A stretch of 64,000 nucleotides of DNA. Source: a virus. Its lineage: Duplodnaviria; Caudoviricetes. The notes under the pieces were generated by a model. That model ran no database searches, was not told where the DNA came from, and worked only from the letters and a program-made list of their open reading frames with translations. Made by a program: the position numbers and the translations under genes. This document shows, one piece after another, positions 19,375 through 27,169 of this stretch. The stretch spans positions 7,212-71,211 of IMG/VR virus record IMGVR_UViG_3300009873_000010; one strand, given 5' to 3'. Each line of letters starts with the position of its first letter. The first letter of the stretch is position 1.

Positions 19375-19408
19375 GTGAGCTCACGCAAGTGGGCTCGCTT
19401 TATTCTTT
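19375..19408 (+). terminator. Intrinsic terminator
   Basis: GTGAGCTCAC-gcaa-GTGGGCTCGC then TTTATTCTTT. Confidence 0.8.
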
Positions 19409-19411
19409 ACT

Positions 19412-19963
19412 ATGCAAGAGACAAAACTAACAGGCAAAATACAAGTAGATGATGGTGAGGTGCGGCTCGTGCAGCTTGAGCCTGCGTCAATTGTGCGCTA
19501 TCTAGCTACATATAATGGCAGACTAGTGCATGTTGATGTACGTGAGGCTAAGCGTAAGCGTACAGCTAAACAAAACGCAATGTACTGGCCAGCAATAGTG
19601 CGCGCAGTGCAGGGCTATCACAAAGAAGCTACTGGCGAAGACATCAGCGAGGCTCGTGTACATGAATATAATTTGCAAGTTGTTTTAGGCATGGAGCCTA
19701 AGACGATCAAAATGGGCGGGATAAAGGAATTTACGACGTATGATATATCTCGCGACAGGCTCGATGAAATCGCATCTAGGCTCGAAGATTCTTACGGTGT
19801 CGTGATCGAAAAGGAAATATCGCGATCGTCCGACATGTCTACATATATGTACTCTGTGCTGATAGAGGCATGCATACGACATTATGCAGAAGAATACGGT
19901 TGGGAGCTCAAGCTCTCTCCGCATGGTTTTGACGATGACCCTATTATGAAAATGTTTAAATAG
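19412..19963 (+). CDS. ninB: NinB/Orf-family recombination protein
   Basis: KRKRTAKQNAMYW N-terminal motif; SSDMSTYMYSVLIE. Confidence 0.7.
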   Translation: MQETKLTGKIQVDDGEVRLVQLEPASIVRYLATYNGRLVHVDVREAKRKRTAKQNAMYWPAIVRAVQGYHKEATGEDISEARVHEYNLQVVLGMEPKTIKMGGIKEFTTYDISRDRLDEIASRLEDSYGVVIEKEISRSSDMSTYMYSVLIEACIRHYAEEYGWELKLSPHGFDDDPIMKMFK

Positions 19964-19969
19964 ATACGT

Positions 19970-20692
19970 ATGTACCATAAAGACGCTGTTTCTTTTACAG
20001 ACGCTTACATTTGGTTGATGAAGCGCATACTCAAGTCTGGCACTGATGTAAATTGCAGACTTGGTGGCATGAAGGAAGTGCTCGGCGCGTCATATACTCT
20101 GCAGTATTGTAGCAATCTTGCGCACGCACAGCCAGATAGCAAGCTAACTAAGCGCAATTTCAAGTATGATTTTGCAATTAAGCATTTTGAATGGCTTATG
20201 GCAGGCAAGACAGACATGTCTGAGCTGCTTGGCACAAATGCAAATGCTGCAAATTTCATGCCAGGTGACGAAATTCCGGAAGGCTTTACAACGGCTTATG
20301 GCCCTCGCATAACTCGCCAGTTGCCTGGCATAATTAAATTGCTTACTGACGAGTCGAACACAAGGCGCGCAGTTATGCATATACTTGAAGAGAAAGATAA
20401 GCTGATATGGGACTTGGACACAAAGCTGGAGTACCCGTGCACTAGCCATCTGCATTTCTTTGTGCGCGGCGATTTCTTACACACAATAGTTGTAATGCGC
20501 TCCAATAATGTTACAACTACTATGTGTTACGATGTGTCTGCATTTTGGTTGCTTAGCAACTATCTTTGCTATGTGCTACAATTGCGCAATGGCAACTTTA
20601 CAATGCAAATAGGCTCAGCGCACATACTGTATTCTGAGCGAGAGCTCGCTAGTGCAATTATTGACCAAGCAAAAACTCTACAACTATGTTGA
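19970..20692 (+). CDS. Thymidylate-synthase-fold dCMP-modifying enzyme (putative dCMP hydroxylase or hydroxymethylase)
   Basis: AYGPR, DESNTRRA, YPCT catalytic Cys, MRSNN, GSAHI; Asp at the ThyA Asn177 position. Confidence 0.8.
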   Translation: MYHKDAVSFTDAYIWLMKRILKSGTDVNCRLGGMKEVLGASYTLQYCSNLAHAQPDSKLTKRNFKYDFAIKHFEWLMAGKTDMSELLGTNANAANFMPGDEIPEGFTTAYGPRITRQLPGIIKLLTDESNTRRAVMHILEEKDKLIWDLDTKLEYPCTSHLHFFVRGDFLHTIVVMRSNNVTTTMCYDVSAFWLLSNYLCYVLQLRNGNFTMQIGSAHILYSERELASAIIDQAKTLQLC

Positions 20693-21390
20693 GCAAACTA
20701 TGTGTTAATTCTATGGAGTACAAAGGCAAGCTTGTTGAATATTACATGCGGCCTGGCACCTCTGATAAGTTCGTAATGGAAGAGCAAGACTACGAGTGCA
20801 TAAAGCTAAATAAAGATGATGTTTGGCTTGACATCGGAGCTAACATAGGTGCTTTTCCAATAAAGTATGCGAAGCATGTAGGGCACATTTTGTGTTTTGA
20901 GCCAAATCGTGAAAATTATGGAGTGCTTCTGCATAATCTTGAGCACCACAGATTGCTCAATGAAGCAAATGTATATTCATATAACAGTGCAGTAATTGCA
21001 ACAGGCACAGCTTTTCAGCCTTTGTATGTAAACAAAGGTGAGAATAAAGGTAAGCACAGTCTGCAGCCTGGCATTGCGAACGTGCGACCTACTTATAAGG
21101 AGCTTGTGCATTGCATACATTACAGCACTCTAATGGATGCAGACGGAGTAAAGGTGGATATTGAGGGCGGTGAGTACGAGCTACTTAGCCACATGGCTAT
21201 TGTAGGTAAGCTCAATAATACAAAGCAACTTGTGTTTGAGTATCATTACAATCCAGAGTACACAACACAGACACAAGAGCAATTTTTGCGGCTAGAGCAT
21301 ACACTGCGCAATTATGGCAAATTTAGCCATATAGAAATAGTAGCAGAGGACCCTAAGTACAAAACATATATAGTATATTGCCATGCGTAA
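20686..21390 (+). CDS. FkbM-family SAM-dependent methyltransferase
   Basis: WLDIGANIGAF, CFEPNRENY, VKVDIEGGEYELL, LVFEYH. Confidence 0.9.
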   Translation: MLSKLCVNSMEYKGKLVEYYMRPGTSDKFVMEEQDYECIKLNKDDVWLDIGANIGAFPIKYAKHVGHILCFEPNRENYGVLLHNLEHHRLLNEANVYSYNSAVIATGTAFQPLYVNKGENKGKHSLQPGIANVRPTYKELVHCIHYSTLMDADGVKVDIEGGEYELLSHMAIVGKLNNTKQLVFEYHYNPEYTTQTQEQFLRLEHTLRNYGKFSHIEIVAEDPKYKTYIVYCHA

Positions 21391-22480
21391 TTTGCGTACT
21401 ACAATAGGAACTTGCGAGTTCAATATACATAGTTGTGACCCTAGTCTATACAAAGGTGCAACTGGCTTGTTTATACCTGTTTATGGTGCAAGGAGCCATC
21501 TAACTGGTAAATATATGCTTGCTATGGAAGGCAACTTTTGGCTGTCTCTGTATAAGGCAGCTAACATGAACCTTGGCAAGCTCTATCTAACAATACCTAA
21601 GGGCGAGTTCTTGGAGCCTGGCTATATGCAATATATAGTGGACCATGTAATGCCTAAGCTGCCTTTTGAGCTAGTACTTGTGCCTACATACGGTTATGGC
21701 TCAAATGCATATGCTACTCGTGGCAATATGCAAGAGTGGCATGAGTTTGTTGCTGAGGAAAAGTTAATTTTGGAAGCTATTGACGTGCTTTTGTATGCTC
21801 CACCAGTGCTTGGTAGAATATTCGATAGTACGTATTGCAGAGCTGCAATGACATGTGTCATAGTTTACTGGGCTTATGCTATAGCGTCTCAAAATTACAG
21901 ACCTACGTTCTTTGAGGACTTTGCTGAGTATGACAAGTACAACTACAATCATTACAATATGTGGGTAGCAACTGTAGATCAATATGAGCGCTACCAAGAT
22001 GCCCGCATGGAAAACAATTTGTTTAATATAGAGTTATATGAGCAATTGTTCTTGCAGCATCTTAGGCAATCAGACAAAGTGGCAGGGCTCTATAAGCGTG
22101 TGTTTGTGCCTTTCCGCCAATCTGCAGATGGCTACAATGTTCAAGGCATTTTCAATGCTCTGCATACTATTTACCAGCATGATAACATTGAATTTGAATT
22201 GCTCTATACAGCATACAATGATGTCATTCTGGAATTGCCACATGTGCCTGCGTTTAAAGTAGATGGCAACAAAGAATCCTATGTACGCATATTGGAGAAG
22301 CGGCCTATAGTGCCTTTGCTAGCAGACATAGACGGCATATTTCATTTGAGCATATTTGAGCATGCCTACCATAGATGCGAGCTATTGATTGTAGAGAACT
22401 CTTATGTTAAAGCACAGCATACTTTGCCTAAGACTTATACGCAAGAAAATTTACATAATGCATTAAAAAGTATGCTATAA
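21383..22480 (+). CDS. Putative GT-B DNA glycosyltransferase
   Basis: 365 aa; RVFVPFR and SIFEHAY-type C-terminal Rossmann pattern; coupled to the TS homologue and FkbM (family call is inference). Confidence 0.45.
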   Translation: MRNLRTTIGTCEFNIHSCDPSLYKGATGLFIPVYGARSHLTGKYMLAMEGNFWLSLYKAANMNLGKLYLTIPKGEFLEPGYMQYIVDHVMPKLPFELVLVPTYGYGSNAYATRGNMQEWHEFVAEEKLILEAIDVLLYAPPVLGRIFDSTYCRAAMTCVIVYWAYAIASQNYRPTFFEDFAEYDKYNYNHYNMWVATVDQYERYQDARMENNLFNIELYEQLFLQHLRQSDKVAGLYKRVFVPFRQSADGYNVQGIFNALHTIYQHDNIEFELLYTAYNDVILELPHVPAFKVDGNKESYVRILEKRPIVPLLADIDGIFHLSIFEHAYHRCELLIVENSYVKAQHTLPKTYTQENLHNALKSML

Positions 22481-22538
22481 ATTTCACTTTTTAATTAATT
22501 ATTTCTATCTTTGAATAAATGATAAAAGATAGAAAACT

Positions 22539-22862
22539 ATGGTAAAGCTTGGCAAATCAGACAAAGTACAATTGCTAGTAGAGCTTAGCTCCGGCAACAA
22601 GAAACTCAAATTCTTTGTTACACGTGGCCGCACTTACCGTGCAGACCTTACAATAAGGCCAGAAGGAGCATACTATAAAATCCTGGGTACAGAAACCTCG
22701 CCTGGTCGCAAAAGCACAATCAACGAAACAATAGAGTACGACGATGTCGTTGCATGGCTGGATGAGTTCTGCAACGACACAACTGCAATTGTGCATTATA
22801 CAATTCTGAATAAAAACATACGCAGACATGGCAGACAAGAACAAAGTAGTAAAAGTAGCTAG
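22539..22862 (+). CDS. Hypothetical protein
   Basis: ORF after the promoter at 22506. Confidence 0.65.
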   Translation: MVKLGKSDKVQLLVELSSGNKKLKFFVTRGRTYRADLTIRPEGAYYKILGTETSPGRKSTINETIEYDDVVAWLDEFCNDTTAIVHYTILNKNIRRHGRQEQSSKSS

Positions 22863-23049
22863 AAAAGGTGAAGCGGGTACAGGCAAGCGCCGTTACAACA
22901 AAGCGGGCATTAGAGTACCTAGGCCGGACAAAAAAGACGGCAAAGCAATAGCAAAGGTTATTGCGCAGCACGACACAGGCAAGAAGCAAGCGCCTGCTAA
23001 AATAGTGCTAAAGCAACATCCAGATGGCACAATTGAACGCGTAGACTAA
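22828..23049 (+). CDS. Small basic hypothetical protein
   Basis: K/R-rich 73 aa; TAATG coupling to the kinase. Confidence 0.6.
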   Translation: MADKNKVVKVARKGEAGTGKRRYNKAGIRVPRPDKKDGKAIAKVIAQHDTGKKQAPAKIVLKQHPDGTIERVD

Positions 23050-23621
23050 TGGCAAAATTGTTTATACTTGACGGGCACAGCAGAACAGGCAAATCAACAG
23101 CAGCGCACGAGGTGTGTAAGCGTAATAAAGATGCACGCCTTGTTGCTCTGCAAGATAAGATGCCAATGCAGATCAGTAATTACTTTGAATATTACACAGG
23201 TTGCATTCACTCTGCACAAGCTTTTCTGAAAAGCTCGCACAAGTACGACATCTACGTAATGGATAGGTCTATTTTCAGCGACTTCATATTCGCGCCTGTT
23301 TTTAATAGGTCTACAATAGTAACTGAAGAATATGCAATTGATTTTGCTTATGAGCATGAGATAGTGTTTATAGGCACTTTTGCTGCATACAATTATTACA
23401 GAAAAACTAATAAGGATTCTTTTGCATACACACCAGAGCAATGGCATAGCATAGCACAGCGCACTCAAGAGCTGATGCGCATACTGGCTTCTAGGCCTAA
23501 CAACTATGTGCAGAGTGTTTATGTGGAGAGTGCCGAAGATGTGCATCGCACAATACAAACTGCACTTGAGCTCTATAAATTCTACTACGATGGCTACGGA
23601 CCGACTTACAGAAATTTTTGA
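23049..23621 (+). CDS. Deoxynucleoside monophosphate kinase (thymidylate-kinase-like)
   Basis: FILDGHSRTGKST P-loop; MDRSIFSDFIF motif. Confidence 0.8.
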   Translation: MAKLFILDGHSRTGKSTAAHEVCKRNKDARLVALQDKMPMQISNYFEYYTGCIHSAQAFLKSSHKYDIYVMDRSIFSDFIFAPVFNRSTIVTEEYAIDFAYEHEIVFIGTFAAYNYYRKTNKDSFAYTPEQWHSIAQRTQELMRILASRPNNYVQSVYVESAEDVHRTIQTALELYKFYYDGYGPTYRNF

Positions 23622-23937
23622 AAGGCAAGCAGCTTTTACAAGCAATTTTCATGATGCTACGCCTAGCGGCATAGACGAATGCGAAGAGCTAACAAAGAAT
23701 TACACAATAATGCTTATAAAAGAGCTGACAGAAGTTGTAGATGAGCTCAATTATAAGCTGCATGCGTCAAAGCGTAATGCTATAAACGTAGTTAATGTGC
23801 ACGAAGAGCTAATGGATGTGCAAAAGTTCCTTATAGTTATGATGCAACTATGGGATATTGACGCAGACAAATTCGTTGAGCTCTTTCATACAAAAAGCAC
23901 TATTGTTGAGCAGCGCTATAAAGACAAACAAAGATGA
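23590..23937 (+). CDS. All-alpha NTP pyrophosphohydrolase (dimeric dUTPase/dCTPase-like)
   Basis: EIFERQ, KELTEVVDE, HEELMDVQKF: ExxE...EExxD motifs. Confidence 0.8.
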   Translation: MATDRLTEIFERQAAFTSNFHDATPSGIDECEELTKNYTIMLIKELTEVVDELNYKLHASKRNAINVVNVHEELMDVQKFLIVMMQLWDIDADKFVELFHTKSTIVEQRYKDKQR

Positions 23938-24173
23938 CTATTAATCTGGAAGAACAATACAAACTATTCTTAAAGCGCATGGCACTTAGTGAGCGGCGCA
24001 TGCATCCTGTGCAGAAACTGCAGCTGAAGCAAACTTTTTATGGTGCTATAGGGCAATTGCTCGTTATTCAGCGAGACGTGTTAAGTGAGTTAGACGAGCA
24101 AACGGCCGTATACGCATTGCAAGACATGATAGAGCAGATAGATGCATTTTTTCAAAATGAGCTAAACAACTGA
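23934..24173 (+). CDS. Hypothetical protein
   Basis: 79-aa ORF, ATGA overlap. Confidence 0.7.
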   Translation: MTINLEEQYKLFLKRMALSERRMHPVQKLQLKQTFYGAIGQLLVIQRDVLSELDEQTAVYALQDMIEQIDAFFQNELNN

Positions 24174-24174
24174 T

Positions 24175-24951
24175 ATGCATATTGTAGGCATAGACTTCAG
24201 CATACTCTTGAATGCAAACTATTATGTAGCTATTAAGTGGGGTGCTCACGAAGACCCTGCTGAAGTTATTAAACTGCTTGAGCGTAGCATAGGCTCTTTG
24301 TCTTTGAGTCTGATGCCCAATCGCATAGTAATGTGTACAGACACTGGGCCATCCTGGAGGCACGACTACATACAAGGCTACAAAGCAGGCAGACCTGAGC
24401 GTAAGGACTTTAGAGATGTTGCAAAGGCTGTTACTGCACATTTCCGCGAGCACTATGGGCTTGTGGAAATAGACACAGCAGAGGCAGACGATATAGCATG
24501 GTGCGTAGCAAAATATGCACGCAGCAAAGGGTACAAGTGCACTCTAGTGTCTGCTGATGCAGACTACGAACAAATGACACTGACCGGCGCAGAGTACTAT
24601 GACTACAGGCAGAAGCGCACTTTAAGCGTAGATGCGTATAGGGCACGCTTCGACAAGCTCATGCAAGGCTGCAAAACAGACGTAGTGCCTTCATTGCTTA
24701 AGCCTAGGTTTAAGCGTGCAGACTATGACAAATTCTACGATACGTATTTGCTTGAAACAGGTGGCAAGCTAATTGAAGGCCAGAAAGAATATGACATAAT
24801 AGAGTATCTACGGCACGATTTGGCATTCTTCGTAGACTTGCCATGTTACTGGGATAATCTGTATACTGTCACTTATAGCAAGTTCGTATATGAGCACACT
24901 GTGCCCGATGTTTACGAAGCAATAAATAATTCATTGCTAAACTTTTTTTGA
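24175..24951 (+). CDS. 5'-3' exonuclease / flap endonuclease (T4 RNase H-like)
   Basis: IVGID, CTD..SWRH...YKAGR, EADD, SADADYEQM. Confidence 0.88.
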   Translation: MHIVGIDFSILLNANYYVAIKWGAHEDPAEVIKLLERSIGSLSLSLMPNRIVMCTDTGPSWRHDYIQGYKAGRPERKDFRDVAKAVTAHFREHYGLVEIDTAEADDIAWCVAKYARSKGYKCTLVSADADYEQMTLTGAEYYDYRQKRTLSVDAYRARFDKLMQGCKTDVVPSLLKPRFKRADYDKFYDTYLLETGGKLIEGQKEYDIIEYLRHDLAFFVDLPCYWDNLYTVTYSKFVYEHTVPDVYEAINNSLLNFF

Positions 24952-25017
24952 AAATAGTATGCTAAAAATTTCACATTTTAGTATAAATAGTTTATCTTTG
25001 AATTAAGAAATGAAGAA

Positions 25018-25359
25018 ATGAACATCGACGATTTTGTGAGCATACAATATGAAGATGACATACTACGTATTTCATCTTACGAAACAGATGTAGAGTATCC
25101 GTTTGAGCTAATAGGCGACGATACCTATGTTGATCTCACCGAAGCAGACGAAGTTCACTTAACTAAGGAAGAAGCTATTCATCGTATACTGGACAAGACA
25201 GAGTTCCGTATATACTATGATGCTTACTATCTAACTAAGCCAGAGTTCGATGGCTTGCACAGAATGGCAATTGATGCGTACTATACATATAGGTCGCAAT
25301 TGCAATACATTCCAAGGTCTTTAATAACACAGCATAAATTCTTTAACCGCAAAACTTAA
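25018..25359 (+). CDS. Hypothetical protein
   Basis: Acidic 113-aa ORF after the promoter at 24993. Confidence 0.7.
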   Translation: MNIDDFVSIQYEDDILRISSYETDVEYPFELIGDDTYVDLTEADEVHLTKEEAIHRILDKTEFRIYYDAYYLTKPEFDGLHRMAIDAYYTYRSQLQYIPRSLITQHKFFNRKT

Positions 25360-25363
25360 CAAC

Positions 25364-26119
25364 ATGGCAAATTATGCTAGCTTTGCAAGCGGGAAGCTCA
25401 TCGGTATGCTCGATTCAGAACTGAAGGCAGTCAACGATGAAACCGCACGCACATTTAACGATGAAGCATGTAAGGAAATGGTCCTTGTGCTTCTGAACCG
25501 TGGCAAGATCACCGAACAGATGCGTGGCCAGTACGCAGCCTGGATTCCTTCCGACGAAGAGCTCGCAGAAGCTAAAGCCGAGAAGAAAACGACCAAGGCA
25601 AAGGCCGAGAAGGCGCCGAAAGAGCCCAAGCCTAAGAAAGAGGTCAAGCCGAAAGAGCCTACCGGCAATGCTCGCTGGGGCATCGACCCTGCCCAGAACA
25701 AGCGCGATCCGCAAGCAGGCGACATCGTTCTTTGCCCACCTGCAGGCAATGCCAAGGTGCGTGAAGCACAGAACTACGAAGTTCTGCCCTACGGCAGCGA
25801 CGACGAGCCGGATGCCAAGCACGTCGAAGGCGAAGGCTGGTGGCTGAAAGTTCTGGTCGAATCAGAAACCGGCAACTGGAAGTGGAAGAAGCGCGACAAC
25901 GCCATGATTACCACTTACGTGGAGGACCGTAACCCGGACGAAGTCTACCATATCCGTGTAGAGCGCGAGAAGGCTGAAGCGAAGGCGGCTGAAGCGAAGG
26001 CGAAAGCAGACAAGGAGGCCAAGGAAGCCGAAAAAGCTGCTGAAGCGGCTGCAAAGGCTGATAAGGCTGAAAAGAAGGGCAAGAAAGCTGAGGCTGAAGC
26101 ACCAGCAGAGGAAGCGTAG
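25364..26119 (+). CDS. Lys/Ala/Glu-rich protein, probably abundant
   Basis: KAEKAPKEPKPKKE and AKAAEAKAKA tracts; GC-richer codons; followed by a hairpin. Confidence 0.75.
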   Translation: MANYASFASGKLIGMLDSELKAVNDETARTFNDEACKEMVLVLLNRGKITEQMRGQYAAWIPSDEELAEAKAEKKTTKAKAEKAPKEPKPKKEVKPKEPTGNARWGIDPAQNKRDPQAGDIVLCPPAGNAKVREAQNYEVLPYGSDDEPDAKHVEGEGWWLKVLVESETGNWKWKKRDNAMITTYVEDRNPDEVYHIRVEREKAEAKAAEAKAKADKEAKEAEKAAEAAAKADKAEKKGKKAEAEAPAEEA

Positions 26120-26140
26120 GCTTTTCATCACCGGGCCAGT

Positions 26141-26179
26141 GCAATATGTCCAAGGGCTATATGCCCAAGGGCATATTGC
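26141..26179 (+). terminator. Nested hairpin after 25364-26119
   Basis: GCAATATGTCC-aa-GGGC-tatat-GCCC-aa-GGGCATATTGC; no U-tract. Confidence 0.45.
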
Positions 26180-26200
26180 CACATAATAAAACTTGCAAAC

Positions 26201-27169
26201 ATGAAGTTCTTAGTATTTTCTGACTTACATATACATAATTATAAGCGCTTTGACGATAACGGCTCAAGACTAGACGCTACATTTGAGTGCTTAGGCTTGA
26301 TGTTCGATTATGCAGCTAAGAAAGGCTCGCGGCATATATTGTTTGCAGGCGATTTATATGATCAGCAGCGCGCTTTGCCACATGCTGTAGTTAATGGCAC
26401 TATACGCGCATTTGCCTACCTTTTCGATATTCATCCTGAGATGCAGTTCTATGCTATATCTGGTAACCATGATATGGCAACTAAGAATTTGATACATAAG
26501 CAGGCTGTGTCTGCATTAGAGCATCTTGCAGAAATTTTCGACAACTTTCATCTGTTAGACAATAGATCAGCGAGCATAACGGATAACATTCGTGTGCACG
26601 GTATACCGTATTACGACTACAAAGGCGATTATGAGGCAGCGCTGAAACAGACAATCGCAAGGCTCGCTGACTATGAGTGTATTGACATCTTGCTAATACA
26701 CCAGACTCCAAATTATGGCAATCCTATGATAGCGCACGATGTTGAGCCCTGGGACAATATATACGACTACTTTGATGTAACGTTTTGTGGGCACATACAT
26801 AAGCCTGTAGACATACGTGATGGCTGGTATATCGTAGGTTCTCCAATGCACAGAGATGCTGGCGACATAGGTGATTCAAAGCGTGTGCTACTTTACGACA
26901 CAGAAGCAGGTATTACAGAAATCAGCATGGCTGGTGTGTTTCCTGAATTTAAGAAAGTACCTGCAGAAGAGGCGGGCCTACATGATGGTTACGTTATACC
27001 TATTTACAAAGCAGACGAAGGCTCTCAAGCTTACGATGCACGCTTTGGTGCTGAAGCTAACATTGACGATATACTTGCAGCATACGCAGACTCTATGGGT
27101 CTTGCTAAGGAGTACATAAAGATAGGCACAAAGATATTACACGAAGCTCAAAAACTCACAGAACAATGA
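26201..27169 (+). CDS. sbcD: SbcD/Mre11-like nuclease
   Basis: SDLH, GDLYD, GNHD, GHIH, VGSP. Confidence 0.93.
   Translation: MKFLVFSDLHIHNYKRFDDNGSRLDATFECLGLMFDYAAKKGSRHILFAGDLYDQQRALPHAVVNGTIRAFAYLFDIHPEMQFYAISGNHDMATKNLIHKQAVSALEHLAEIFDNFHLLDNRSASITDNIRVHGIPYYDYKGDYEAALKQTIARLADYECIDILLIHQTPNYGNPMIAHDVEPWDNIYDYFDVTFCGHIHKPVDIRDGWYIVGSPMHRDAGDIGDSKRVLLYDTEAGITEISMAGVFPEFKKVPAEEAGLHDGYVIPIYKADEGSQAYDARFGAEANIDDILAAYADSMGLAKEYIKIGTKILHEAQKLTEQ

Noticed and set aside
18540-19388. 282-aa antisense ORF
   Set aside because: Shadow of the codon-biased SSB gene; no promoter or motif
19970-20692. Ordinary thymidylate synthase ThyA
   Set aside because: Asp at the Asn177 position, RSNN instead of RSxD, GSAH instead of GDAH, and the context of kinase, pyrophosphatase and transferases argue against it
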